From Alphaproteobacteria bacterium (GTDB lineage Bacteria; Pseudomonadota; Alphaproteobacteria; CALKHQ01): DNA of 64,000 nucleotides. The stretch spans positions 2,752,001 through 2,816,000 of the forward strand of contig CBDDFZ010000001.1 of NCBI GenBank assembly GCA_965227515.1, written 5' to 3'. Shown piece after piece: positions 46,347 to 56,023 of this stretch (position 1 is its first letter; each line of letters starts with the position of its first letter). The position numbers and the translations under genes were made by a program. Below the pieces are notes generated by a model. The model worked only from the letters and a program-made list of their open reading frames with translations, did no database searches and was not told the DNA's origin.

Positions 46347-46967
46347 GTGCTGAGAATTCTTGGACGGACCACTTCGTCCAACGTGCAGAAGGTCATGTGG
46401 TGTTGCGCCGAACTTGGCCTCGGCGTGAAACGCGAGGACGTTGGCGGGCCGTTCGGCGGCAACGACTCAGACGAATACAAAGCGATGAATCCGAACGGCC
46501 TGGTGCCGACCATGGTGGAGGACGACTTCGTCCTGTGGGAGTCCAACGCCATCATGCGCTACCTCGCCTCCAAGCACGGCGAGCACCCGTTCTGGCCCGG
46601 CGACTATCGTGGCCGCGCCAACGCGGACCGCTGGATGGACTGGCAACTCGGCGCCCTTTGGCCGGCGTTGCGCGATGCCTTCATCATGCTGGTGCGTACG
46701 CCGGAGGCGGACCGCCGACCTGACGTCATTGCGCGCAGCGTCGCCAATGCCGCCGAGATGTTTGGCATTCTCGATCAATGGCTTGCGGCCCGGACGTTCG
46801 TCAACGGGCCGGACCTGTCGATCGGCGACATTCCGGTCGGCGTCATCGCCCATCGCTGGTACAGCCTGGACATCGAGCGGCCGGAACTGACCAACCTGAA
46901 GGCGTGGTATGGGCTGCTAAAGGCGCGCCCCGCCTATCGCGACCACGTCATGGGCGATCTGGCCTGA
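46347..46967 (+). CDS. Glutathione S-transferase
   Basis: SSNVQKVMW, NPNGLVP, WESNAIMRYL. Confidence 0.92.
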   Translation: MLRILGRTTSSNVQKVMWCCAELGLGVKREDVGGPFGGNDSDEYKAMNPNGLVPTMVEDDFVLWESNAIMRYLASKHGEHPFWPGDYRGRANADRWMDWQLGALWPALRDAFIMLVRTPEADRRPDVIARSVANAAEMFGILDQWLAARTFVNGPDLSIGDIPVGVIAHRWYSLDIERPELTNLKAWYGLLKARPAYRDHVMGDLA

Positions 46968-46990
46968 GGACACATCGGCGCCTGGCGGAC

Positions 46991-48319
46991 CTATCTGTCA
47001 TCCGATAGCTCGGCCATCGTGCGGTTGCGGCTCGCCGGGAATGTCACCTCGACCATTGTGCCGCCCTCCGGCAACCGGGTCAGGCTCAGTCTCCCGCCGT
47101 GCAACTCGGTCAGGGCATTGGCGATCGCCAACCCCAACCCAAGCCCCTCGTGCGCGCGGCTCAGGCTTTCGTCCCCTTGCGCGAATCCGGACAAGACGCT
47201 CTGCAGACGGTCCGGCGGAATGCCGGTCCCCTGGTCGGTGACACGAATGGCGACGCCGCCTTCGTCGTGGCGTTGCACGCTCAGGCGCACTGTCTCTGAC
47301 GGTGGGGAGAAGGCTGCCGCGTTGGTCAGCAACTCCGACACGACCTGGGCGATCTGCACCTCGTCGCCGTAGAGGCAGGATGGCGCGCTCGCATCGATCT
47401 CGACCGCGATGTCCGTGGTCAGTTGGCCTTCCATCGCTGTCTGCGCCGCACAACGCTCGACCAGCGGCCGAATGGCAAGAACGGCCTCTTGCATCCGGAT
47501 TTCGGTACTCTGGGCGTCGGCATACATCAGCACCCGGTCGATCATGCGATCCAGGCGCGCGGCCGCCGCACACATATGGCCGTTGTATTCCAGGTATCTT
47601 GGCTCGCCGATCGAGCCGAGCGCCTCGTCTCCGATCAACTGGCCGAATCCCAGGATCGCGTTCAGCGGCGTGCGCAGTTCGTGGCCGACGATGGCAAGGA
47701 ACCGTTCCTTGGCACGTTGGGCCGACGACAAGGCGCGACCGGTGCGCTCCAACCTGTCCTCATGGTCGACGACCTGGCGGTGCAGTTCCAGTTCATCGAC
47801 AACGATCTTGGCCAGGTCCGCAAGGAAGGTGGTTTGTGTGTCGCCGAACTCCGGGTGGGGCACATGATCCATCAGACAGAGCGAGCCCACGCGCACGCCG
47901 CCGGCGAGCACGAGGGGTGCCCCCGCGTAGAAGCGAAAGTGAGGGGGGCGTGCCACCTGCGGGCTGTCGCGAAATCGCGGATCGGCGGCCAGATCGGGAA
48001 CGACTAGCGGCGCGTCGTCCATGATGGCGTGCGAGCACACGGAGATCCTGCGCGGCGCCTGGGTGACCGACATGCCGATACGCGCCTTGAACCAGGTTCG
48101 CTCCTCATCAACGAAGGAAATGCGCGCCACCGGCATGCCGAAGTGCGCCACTGCCAGTCGGACGATGCGATCGAACCGCTCTTCGGCGTCGGTATCGAGG
48201 ATGCGCAGGTCGCGCAGGGCCGCCAGACGCTCCGCCTCGTTGACGGGGATCGGGAAGCCCGCCGCGGGCGGCGTCGTTGGGCATGCCGCCGCGCCACCGT
48301 CGTCGGACGGGTTATTCAT
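46991..48319 (-). CDS. GAF-sensor histidine kinase
   Basis: EAERLAAL..ILDT, RFYAGAPL, HELRTPLNAI, DQGTGI, GLGLGL. Confidence 0.92.
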   Translation of the reverse strand: MNNPSDDGGAAACPTTPPAAGFPIPVNEAERLAALRDLRILDTDAEERFDRIVRLAVAHFGMPVARISFVDEERTWFKARIGMSVTQAPRRISVCSHAIMDDAPLVVPDLAADPRFRDSPQVARPPHFRFYAGAPLVLAGGVRVGSLCLMDHVPHPEFGDTQTTFLADLAKIVVDELELHRQVVDHEDRLERTGRALSSAQRAKERFLAIVGHELRTPLNAILGFGQLIGDEALGSIGEPRYLEYNGHMCAAAARLDRMIDRVLMYADAQSTEIRMQEAVLAIRPLVERCAAQTAMEGQLTTDIAVEIDASAPSCLYGDEVQIAQVVSELLTNAAAFSPPSETVRLSVQRHDEGGVAIRVTDQGTGIPPDRLQSVLSGFAQGDESLSRAHEGLGLGLAIANALTELHGGRLSLTRLPEGGTMVEVTFPASRNRTMAELSDDR

Positions 48320-48660
48320 CGGATGGCCCTGATTGGCATGTCGCAGTCTGAATGCCGGATTTGGCCGCGAACATTCCGGCAGGGCGGCTGGTCCTGCCAC
48401 CGATGAGGGTGCTGATAACCGCGTAGGTCATGTGGCTGTTCTTAGTCGAGTGGCTCTAAAGATTCCTGAAGCCTGGAAGGTGGCTGGCGGAGCCTGATCT
48501 TGGATACGAAAGTCGGGGTGTATTGGATCAGAGAACCAAGCTTGCGGCAGGAAGCCTCACGACACAGGCATCAAATCCAAATTCCATGATGTAACGGAAA
48601 TTAGCGCAACGGACGTGGCTTCTGCAACTTTGTGCCCTTCAGCGCCTGACTGGATCAGGA

Positions 48661-49320
48661 TCAGTTCACGCATTCCGACGATTCGCGCCACACATAGTGC
48701 GCGCCGTCCCATTCCAGGTCATAGAAGCATTGCGCGGTCTGCCCGCATTGCGCGTACAGCCGCACATCGTGATAGCCGTTCGTCATCGACGGCATCGCGG
48801 CGACGCAGGCCGCGGCATCGTCATCATCGTTGAGGAATTGCGCTTCGCCTTGGGCGACATTGAGAATCCAGATCGAGCAAACGTCGAAATTGCCGCAGTA
48901 GGCACCGCCGTGCAGCCTGGCGATCAGCTCTTCGGTGCCGTCATTGTCCAGGTCGAATCGCGCCGCCTGCAGGGTGCCGCCGGCCTGGGCCTGGTCGTCC
49001 AGTGCGGCCGCCATCATCTGCCGTTCCGCGGCATTGGCCGGTGCGGCAAACGACAGCGGTATGGGCGGGCCATCATCCAGTAGTCCTTCTTCCGGGATCG
49101 GCTCGCTGAGCGTGCCGGGGTCTTCGTCGCCGACGATGCCGTCGGGATCGGCCTCACCGGCGGCCGGGACCACGTCGTTCAGGGCGGACGCTGGCGGCTC
49201 GGTGACGGCCGCATCGGCGGTTTCCGGTGCATCCGATGCGCACCCGGCGAGCACGAACGCCGCCAGCCCGATACCCATCAGAGTGCCGCAACGCATTGCG
49301 GCCGGATCTCCAAACAGCAT
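48661..49320 (-). CDS. Hypothetical lipoprotein
   Basis: LAGC lipobox; acidic Pro-rich linker; DLDNDGTEE; YCG..C; WDGAHY. Confidence 0.7.
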   Translation of the reverse strand: MLFGDPAAMRCGTLMGIGLAAFVLAGCASDAPETADAAVTEPPASALNDVVPAAGEADPDGIVGDEDPGTLSEPIPEEGLLDDGPPIPLSFAAPANAAERQMMAAALDDQAQAGGTLQAARFDLDNDGTEELIARLHGGAYCGNFDVCSIWILNVAQGEAQFLNDDDDAAACVAAMPSMTNGYHDVRLYAQCGQTAQCFYDLEWDGAHYVWRESSECVN

Positions 49321-49547
49321 GTGCCTGCCCCCGCTGACATTCGAGTCCGCGCGACCGGATGCGTGCGCGGTCAATCTTGTAACATATGCCGGCGGGCGCG
49401 GTTCCACGGAAGCCCTGGCACCGGGCAATCACGTCGCATGGACGCCCCAATTCGGGTAGACTATTCCGTGTCCACTGGTTGGGGGACTCGCCGGGCGCGC
49501 CAGCGTGGCCGGCGCGTCTCAGCCGGCGACATGCAGATTGTGACGCC

Positions 49548-50492
49548 ATGGAAAATTTCTGGTCGGTCGAAACGCTTCACGAGCTCTACACGCCGAAGTT
49601 CATCGTGCTGTACGTGTTCGTGTTATCGGCGGTGTTCATTCACTACCGCGGCAAGGTGCGGCACCGGTTCGCGCGCCAGCTGACCGACCATTCGACGTTC
49701 CTGGCGCCGATCAACTTCATGATGTACGCGCTGTCCAGCGTGCCCAACCGGCCGATCCTGGACTCCAAGTCGTTCAAGGACCTGCAGCAGATCCGCGACA
49801 ATTGGGAGATGCTGCGCGACGAGGCGATGAAGCTCTATGAGATCGGGCACATCAAGGCGTCGCAGAACTACGACGACCTAGGCTTCAACTCGTTCTTCAA
49901 GCGAGGCTGGAAGCGGTTCTACCTGAAATGGTATGGCGACTATCTGCCGTCCGCGCGCGAGATGTGCCCGAAGTCTGTGGCGCTGCTGGAGAGCATACCC
50001 TCGGTCCACGGCGCCATGTTCGCGCTGCTGCCGCCGGGTGGCGCATTGGTGGCGCACCGCGACCCCTATGCCGGCTCGCTGCGCTACCATCTGGGCCTGA
50101 TGACCCCGAACAGCCCGGACTGCCGCATCTACATCGACGGCGAGCCATATTACTGGCGGGACGGCGAGGACATCGTCTTCGACGAGACCTACATCCACCG
50201 CGCGATCAACGAGAGCGACAAGGACCGGATCATCCTGTTCGCCGATATCGAGCGCCCGATGCACGGCCCGGTGGCGCGTGCCATCAACGGCTTCTTCCGC
50301 ATGATTTTCGTGCGGGCCACGGCGACCAAGAACGAGGACGGCGACCGGGTCGGTTTCCTGAACAAGCTGTTCAAGTACGTCTACGCGATCCGGCGTTTCG
50401 GCAAGGCGTTCAAGAAGTGGAACCGCAAGCTCTACTACGCCTTCAAGTACGTGGTGTTCGGCACCATTCTGTTCTTCATTTTCATCTACTGA
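49548..50492 (+). CDS. lpxO: Asp/Asn beta-hydroxylase family, lipid A hydroxylase-like
   Basis: DHSTFLAP, GWKRFYLKWY, HRDPYAGSLRYHLGL, FDETYIH; TM segments at both ends. Confidence 0.88.
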   Translation: MENFWSVETLHELYTPKFIVLYVFVLSAVFIHYRGKVRHRFARQLTDHSTFLAPINFMMYALSSVPNRPILDSKSFKDLQQIRDNWEMLRDEAMKLYEIGHIKASQNYDDLGFNSFFKRGWKRFYLKWYGDYLPSAREMCPKSVALLESIPSVHGAMFALLPPGGALVAHRDPYAGSLRYHLGLMTPNSPDCRIYIDGEPYYWRDGEDIVFDETYIHRAINESDKDRIILFADIERPMHGPVARAINGFFRMIFVRATATKNEDGDRVGFLNKLFKYVYAIRRFGKAFKKWNRKLYYAFKYVVFGTILFFIFIY

Positions 50493-50558
50493 CGGGCTGC
50501 TTTTCTGCGGCCTGACAGGCATCCGCTCCCCAAACACAGCCGTCATGCTCGGGCTTGT

Positions 50559-51838
50559 TGTATGGCCCGGGGACATGGTTGACAGTTGTTCGGAGACATA
50601 GCTGACACATTGATGGTTGGTTTTTTCTCATATTGTAAGGTCGATGTCAGCGATCTGGGTTGCGCCGAAGAAGATGCTGTAGCGTCCGTCGTTGCCGCGC
50701 GGCCTGATGGCGAGACGCTCGCCGGCGAAGGCGCGTGGCACGGGCCAGAGCCTTCCCTTGAAGCTGACGTAGAACTTGGTTGCCCCGACCTTGCGGACGA
50801 TGTCGTCGGGTCCGTATTCGGGCTCGGGTAGGGTGTCGGGCATGGGTCGTGTCGAGGGCCGGTAGCGACTGGCCGGCACGTTCATGTCCAAGGCCTGGTG
50901 CGGCCGCTCGGAGTTGTAGACCGGGCGCCATTCATCGAAGGCCTGTTGCACCTGGGCGAGATCGCGCATGCGTCGCAGCGCGAACACCTCGGCGTCCAGG
51001 GTACGGTGGAAGCGCTCGTTCTTGCCGCGTCCTTGCGGGTGATATGGGCGGGCGTGGATGACCTCGACGCCGAGCTTCAAGAGCCACACCCTGAGTGGGG
51101 TCCACTGCCCCGGCACCCCGCCGCCCCAGGGCGAGCCGTTGTCGAGGTAGAACGCATCGGGCAGGCCGTAGAGCCGGAACGTGCGCGCCAGCAGCTGCTT
51201 GACCGTGGCCGTGCGCTCGTTGTCGCCTGCGTGCAGGCACAACGAGAAGCGCGAGTGATCGTCCAGCACCGTGAGCGGGTGGCACCACAGGCCGCGGTCG
51301 ACCTGCACCCGTCCCTTGAAGTCCATCTGCCACAACTGGTTCGGCGCCGGCCGCTCGAAGCGCGTGTAGGCGTGGCCTGTCTGGCGTCGCGGCGGCACCC
51401 GCTCGTGGCGCTGCAAGATCGCATGAACGGTCGATGCCGAAGGCGGGGCGATCCCGTCGCGTTCGAGGCAGCGGGCGATCTTGCGCGCGCCCCAGGCCGG
51501 ATGCGCATCGCGCACCGCCAGCACAGCCGCCTCGATCCGCGCCTCCGTGCGGCGCGGGCTGTGGCGCGGCCGACGCGAGCGATCCGCCAACCCTTCCCCC
51601 GCACAGCCCGCCCGACGCAGCCATTTGTGCCCGGTCTGGCGGCTGATCCCAAACCGCGCGCACAACGCGCTCACGTTCGCGCCATCCAGAGAGGCAAGCA
51701 TCACAAACTCACGCCGTTGATCCACGATCGATACCTCTTGCCAAGGCATGGCCGACTCCAAAATCGGAAGCCAACCACACCAATAAGAGTGTCAACCATG
51801 TCCCCGAACGCCTGTAAGCTATCTCCCCGGGCCGAACA
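50559..51838 (-). mobile_element. IS481-family insertion sequence with 5-bp target duplication CTTGT
   Basis: TGT..ACA ends (TGTATGGCCCGGGGACATGG / revcomp TGTTCGGCCCGGGGAGATAG); internal repeated motifs; CTTGT at 50554-58 and 51839-43. Confidence 0.92.
50628..51749 (-). CDS. IS481 family DDE transposase
   Basis: MPWQEVS, FGISRQTGHKW, WQMDFKG, DDHSRF, DNGSPW, GKNERFHRT, YNSERPHQAL. Confidence 0.95.
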   Translation of the reverse strand: MPWQEVSIVDQRREFVMLASLDGANVSALCARFGISRQTGHKWLRRAGCAGEGLADRSRRPRHSPRRTEARIEAAVLAVRDAHPAWGARKIARCLERDGIAPPSASTVHAILQRHERVPPRRQTGHAYTRFERPAPNQLWQMDFKGRVQVDRGLWCHPLTVLDDHSRFSLCLHAGDNERTATVKQLLARTFRLYGLPDAFYLDNGSPWGGGVPGQWTPLRVWLLKLGVEVIHARPYHPQGRGKNERFHRTLDAEVFALRRMRDLAQVQQAFDEWRPVYNSERPHQALDMNVPASRYRPSTRPMPDTLPEPEYGPDDIVRKVGATKFYVSFKGRLWPVPRAFAGERLAIRPRGNDGRYSIFFGATQIADIDLTI

Positions 51839-51937
51839 CTTGTCCCGAGCATCCACGACTTTCTTCAGCCGTTGCCAAGACGTGGATGCCCGCAACAAGT
51901 GTGGGCATGACGGTGAGGTCTGGACCGTCCGAGCCTG

Positions 51938-53005
51938 CTACTGCGCGGCGGTGCGGTTGCCGGCGTGGTCGCGGGCGAAGCCGGCGAAACCGTCGATGGC
52001 GCGCGCCAGGCCGGCGTCGTCGATGTCCTTGTGCAGCACCAGCCTGAACGCGTCGTAGTGGCTGCCGATCTCCACCCCCAGGGCGCGCATGTGCGCCGCC
52101 AGCGCCTCGCCGGCGCCGTCCGGCGGTGACATGAACACCATGTTGGTCGGCGTCGACTGGTTGGTCTTCTCCGGCGCCGGGTCCAGCGCGTAGATGCCCA
52201 TGTCGGCCAGGGCCGCCGCCAGTTTCGCCGCGCGGGCATGGTCATCGGCCAGCCGCTCGATATTGTTGTTGAGTGCGAACAGGCCAGCGGAGGCGATGAC
52301 CCCGGCCTGGCGCATGCCGCCACCCAGGATCTTGCGCATGCGATAGGCGCGGGCGAGCAGGTCGACGGACCCGCACAGCACCGTGCCCACCGGCGCGCCG
52401 AGCCCCTTCGACAGGCAGATCGACACGGTGTCGGCATGGGCCGCGATTGCGGATGCCGGTACGCCGAGCGCGGCGGCGGCGTTGAACAGGCGGGCGCCGT
52501 CCAGGTGGACGCTCAGGCCGGCCGCCCGCGCCGCCTGGGCCGGGGCCTCGATCTTGGCCAGCGGCACCGCCTTGCCGGAGTGGGTGTTCTCCAGGCTCAG
52601 CATCCGGGTGACCGGATAGTGCGGGTCGTCGGGCTTCACCGCCGCCGTCACGTCCGCCGCCGCGATGCTGCCGTCCTCGGCCACGGGCAGCGGGAACGGC
52701 GTCGCCCCGCCCAGCACCGCGCCGCCGCCAGCCTCGTAGCGGTAGACGTGGTAGCCCTGGCCGACGAGGAACTCGTCGCCACGCCCGCAGTGGCTCAACA
52801 GGGCCGCCAGATTGCTCTGGGTGCCGGACGGAAAGAACCGCGCCGCCTGCTTGCCCAGAAGCTCGGCCGCCCTTTCCTCCAGCGCATTGACTGTGGGGTC
52901 CTCGCCATATACGTCGTCACCGACATCGGCGGCCGACATCGCGGCGCGCATGTCCGCGCAGGGCATGGTGACGGTATCGCTGCGCAGATCGACAATGGCA
53001 GTCAT
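51938..53005 (-). CDS. ltaE: Low-specificity L-threonine aldolase
   Basis: DLRSDTVT, VGDDVYGEDPT, SGTQSNL, HLDGARLFNA, CLSKGLGAPVG. Confidence 0.93.
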   Translation of the reverse strand: MTAIVDLRSDTVTMPCADMRAAMSAADVGDDVYGEDPTVNALEERAAELLGKQAARFFPSGTQSNLAALLSHCGRGDEFLVGQGYHVYRYEAGGGAVLGGATPFPLPVAEDGSIAAADVTAAVKPDDPHYPVTRMLSLENTHSGKAVPLAKIEAPAQAARAAGLSVHLDGARLFNAAAALGVPASAIAAHADTVSICLSKGLGAPVGTVLCGSVDLLARAYRMRKILGGGMRQAGVIASAGLFALNNNIERLADDHARAAKLAAALADMGIYALDPAPEKTNQSTPTNMVFMSPPDGAGEALAAHMRALGVEIGSHYDAFRLVLHKDIDDAGLARAIDGFAGFARDHAGNRTAAQ

Positions 53006-54314
53006 GGCGTTCCAAATTTTCGGTTCGGCGGGCGGTAAGGTCTCGGCGAACGCTAGCACACTCCGCGCATTGGGTGGCCTGTTGGTTGCCGCCCTGATGC
53101 TGTTTGCCGCGCCGGCGACCGCGCATTTCTCCACCGGCTTCAATGTGCGCGTCATCCACATCGCGGAGACCGCGAACGGGCTGACCGCCTATTACCGCCT
53201 CAGCTTCGCGCTCGCGGTCGCCAACGGCCTGGGGCCGCAACAGCCGGACGGCACCTTTGCGGCCGCGCCTTACACCTACAACGAGCGCATCGGCACCGAG
53301 CCCGTGCACTTCGTCAATCCGGCCGCCGTCATGGACGATCCGCTGGGGCTGGGCGAGATCGTCGCCGGTTCGCACGCGCTGATGGTGGAGGGGCAGCCGA
53401 TCGCGGGGCAGGCGGTGGAGGCGCGGGTGCTGGCGCGGGGCAACACGCCGCCGTTCAACACGCTGGCCGAGGCCCGGGCCGCCTTCGACGGGCCGGTCTA
53501 CCCGCAGTTGGACGGCGAGCTGGAAGTCAACTCAGCGCTGGTCGACGTGCGCGTCGACTACCCGTTCTCAGGCGACATCGGCACGCTGACCGTATCGAGC
53601 ACGCTTGCGCCGGGGGAGATGGCCGCCCACGACACCCAGAACCTGATCGTGCTGCACGCAATGGATGGCACCACACGGTCGCAACAGGTCGGCGGCCTGC
53701 TGGCGGAGCCGGTCACGGTCTACGAGCCGGTATGGCGGGCCATGGCGCAGTTCATGGCGCTCGGCGTCGAGCACATTGTCTTCGGGCTGGACCACGTGTT
53801 CTTCGTTCTCTGCCTGGTGATCGGGGCGGCGACCCTGGGCGGGCTGGCATGGCGGGTGACCGGGTTCACCCTTGGTCACACGGTGACCTTGTTGGCCGGC
53901 TACTACGGCTATGTGCCGGAGGGGGCCTGGTTCGTGCCGGCGGTGGAGGTGGGGATTGCGGCCTCCATCATCTACGCAGCGGCTGTGCCGATGGCCGGCT
54001 GGCGCAACCCGCTGGTCGCGTTCGGCGTGACCTCGGCACTCGGCCTGCTGCACGGCTTCGGCTTCTCCTCGTCCTTGCGCGAACTGGTGCGGCCCGACGA
54101 GCCGGATACGGTCGCGCGGCTGGCCTCGTTCAATATCGGGGTCGAGGTCGGGCAGCTTGCCATCGTGGCGCTGGCCTGGCCGGCGCTGGTGTGGTTGGCC
54201 CGCTCGTCGCCGGCACGCCGCGCGCGCGCGGTCGATGTGGTCGCCATCGGCGCGATCTGGGTCGCCGGCCTTTGGGTGCTGGAGCGCGTGCCGCTTTTGT
54301 GGGTCGAGGTTTAG
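53004..54314 (+). CDS. HupE/UreJ family protein with a large periplasmic N-domain (start uncertain)
   Basis: Signal ending A-H; GVEHIVFGLDH, FTLGHTVTL, GLLHGFGF, FNIGVEVGQL. Confidence 0.85.
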   Translation: MAFQIFGSAGGKVSANASTLRALGGLLVAALMLFAAPATAHFSTGFNVRVIHIAETANGLTAYYRLSFALAVANGLGPQQPDGTFAAAPYTYNERIGTEPVHFVNPAAVMDDPLGLGEIVAGSHALMVEGQPIAGQAVEARVLARGNTPPFNTLAEARAAFDGPVYPQLDGELEVNSALVDVRVDYPFSGDIGTLTVSSTLAPGEMAAHDTQNLIVLHAMDGTTRSQQVGGLLAEPVTVYEPVWRAMAQFMALGVEHIVFGLDHVFFVLCLVIGAATLGGLAWRVTGFTLGHTVTLLAGYYGYVPEGAWFVPAVEVGIAASIIYAAAVPMAGWRNPLVAFGVTSALGLLHGFGFSSSLRELVRPDEPDTVARLASFNIGVEVGQLAIVALAWPALVWLARSSPARRARAVDVVAIGAIWVAGLWVLERVPLLWVEV

Positions 54315-54330
54315 CGAATTTCTCGGTTGA

Positions 54331-54418
54331 TCTGCGCCAGCCCTCACCCCCACCCGGCCGCCCACACAGGATACTCTCGTTGGGTGGCCGGGTGGGGGTG
54401 TGGGCTGGTGCCGACTTA
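54331..54418. repeat. Palindromic MITE/REP-like repeat, copy 2
   Basis: Inverted copy of 22806-22891; also between convergent genes. Confidence 0.8.
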
Positions 54419-54435
54419 GCGTAAGCGGAAATCGA

Positions 54436-54618
54436 TCAACCGCAGAACTCGCAGCGCTTCTTCTTGAAGATCAGGTCCTCGTCGCCGTCTTCCATCGCGA
54501 AGTCGAGCAGCACCCGCAGCGCCTTCGATTGATCCTTCAGCCCGTGCTTCGCTGCCATGTCGCGCAGCCAATAGCCGTGTGCGGCCTCAAGCGTGTATTC
54601 GCCGGTCTGCTTTGGCAT
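54436..54618 (-). CDS. 60-aa ribbon-helix-helix-like protein with C-terminal CxxC (paralog B)
   Basis: WL..MA.KHGL...SKALRVLLDFAM..GDE..IF...RCEFCG. Confidence 0.75.
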   Translation of the reverse strand: MPKQTGEYTLEAAHGYWLRDMAAKHGLKDQSKALRVLLDFAMEDGDEDLIFKKKRCEFCG

Positions 54619-54620
54619 CG

Positions 54621-54803
54621 CTAATCACAGTACTCGCAGCGGATTTCCTCGAAGATCGTCTTCTCGTCGCCGTCGACCATGGCGAAATCGAGCAGCACCC
54701 GCAGCGACTTCGACCCGTCAGCCAGCGCGTGCTTGTCGGCCATGCTCGTCAGCCACTGGGCCTGCTCTTCCTCGATCTCGAACTGTACCGTCGTCTTGGC
54801 CAT
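54621..54803 (-). CDS. 60-aa ribbon-helix-helix-like protein with C-terminal CxxC (paralog A)
   Basis: GAGGGA RBS; KTTVQFEI strand; SKSLRVLLDFAM; RCEYCD. Confidence 0.75.
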   Translation of the reverse strand: MAKTTVQFEIEEEQAQWLTSMADKHALADGSKSLRVLLDFAMVDGDEKTIFEEIRCEYCD

Positions 54804-54928
54804 CGTCGTTCGTCCCTCGCCGGTTCGGGTGGTCGTTATGGTTTATGGTTCGTTGGCAATTCGTCAGGACTTTTCTGACAGGTTCCGGGCCAGATTCCCA
54901 GAATTGGCTTCCCAGATATGGCGCGCCC

Positions 54929-56023
54929 GTGAAAATCGCCTTCGTTGATTTTATCGACCTGGACTACGACGTGCTGTCGCCCGAGGAGCGGCCGTTGGGC
55001 GGCTCGCAGTCGGCGCTGTGCTACCTGGCGCGCGCGATGGCGGGGCGCGGCCACGAGGTGCGCCTGGTCAACGATGCCACGGCACCGCGCGACGGCCATG
55101 GGGTGCGCGCCTGCCGGCTGGCCGATGGGCTGGATGGGCCGCTGGGCGGCTGCGATGTGGTGGTCGGGCTGAACAACGCGACCCGCGCCGAGACCTTGCG
55201 ACAGCACGCGCCCGATACCGCGCGCATTGTGCTGTGGACCGGCCATGCCGCCGACCAGCCGGGCGTGACCCCGCTGGCCGATCCGGATGTGCGCGCGGCC
55301 TGGGACGCGGTGGTGACGGTGAGCGACTGGCATCGCCGGCAGTTCCTGGAGGCCTTCGGGCTCGACCCGGCAACCACCATTGCGATGCGCAACGCCATTG
55401 CCCCGGTGTTCGAGCGGTTGATCGGTGGCGACGCCCAGCGCGATGGCCGGGAGCATGTCCTGACCTATACGTCGACGCCGTTCCGTGGGCTTCACATCCT
55501 GCTCCACGCCTTCCCGCGCATTCGCGCCGCGGTGCCTCAGACGGCGTTGCACGTCTATTCCAGCATGGGGCCCTATGGCGACGACGCGGCGGACGAGAAG
55601 TTCGCCAAGCTCTATGACTGGGCGCGGGGCAGCGCGGGCGTCGTCTACAGCCCGGCCATTCCGCAGGCAGAGCTTGGCGATGCACTGGCGGCCGCCGGCA
55701 CGCTGGCCTATCCGAACACGTTCGAGGAAACCTCGTGCATCGCGGTGATGGAGGCGATGGCCGCCGGCTGCCGCGTGGTGACCACCGACCGGGGCGCGCT
55801 GCCGGAGACGACCGCCGGCCATGCCCGGCTGGTGGCGCCGGACGACGACCCGCGCGCGTTCAGCGCCGCGTTCGCCGAGGCTCTGATCGGCGACTTGACC
55901 TGGCGCGACACAGCGCCAGGGGAGGCCGCCGACGCGCTGGCGGCGCAGCGGGCCTATGTTGCCGGCGAGCTGACATGGTCGCGCCGCGCGGCGGAGTGGG
56001 ACGCATGGCTGCAGACCCACTAG
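54929..56023 (+). CDS. Glycosyltransferase family 4
   Basis: PLGGSQ, YTSTPFRGL, YPNTFEETSCIAVMEAMAAG, GALPET. Confidence 0.9.
   Translation: MKIAFVDFIDLDYDVLSPEERPLGGSQSALCYLARAMAGRGHEVRLVNDATAPRDGHGVRACRLADGLDGPLGGCDVVVGLNNATRAETLRQHAPDTARIVLWTGHAADQPGVTPLADPDVRAAWDAVVTVSDWHRRQFLEAFGLDPATTIAMRNAIAPVFERLIGGDAQRDGREHVLTYTSTPFRGLHILLHAFPRIRAAVPQTALHVYSSMGPYGDDAADEKFAKLYDWARGSAGVVYSPAIPQAELGDALAAAGTLAYPNTFEETSCIAVMEAMAAGCRVVTTDRGALPETTAGHARLVAPDDDPRAFSAAFAEALIGDLTWRDTAPGEAADALAAQRAYVAGELTWSRRAAEWDAWLQTH

Larger units (their letters stand above)
50541..51912. repeat. REP-like palindromic element interrupted by IS481
   Basis: Removing the IS restores CGTCATGCTCGGG-CTTGT-CCCGAGCATCCAC...GTGGATGCCCGCAACAAGTGTGGGCATGACG. 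Confidence 0.8.
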
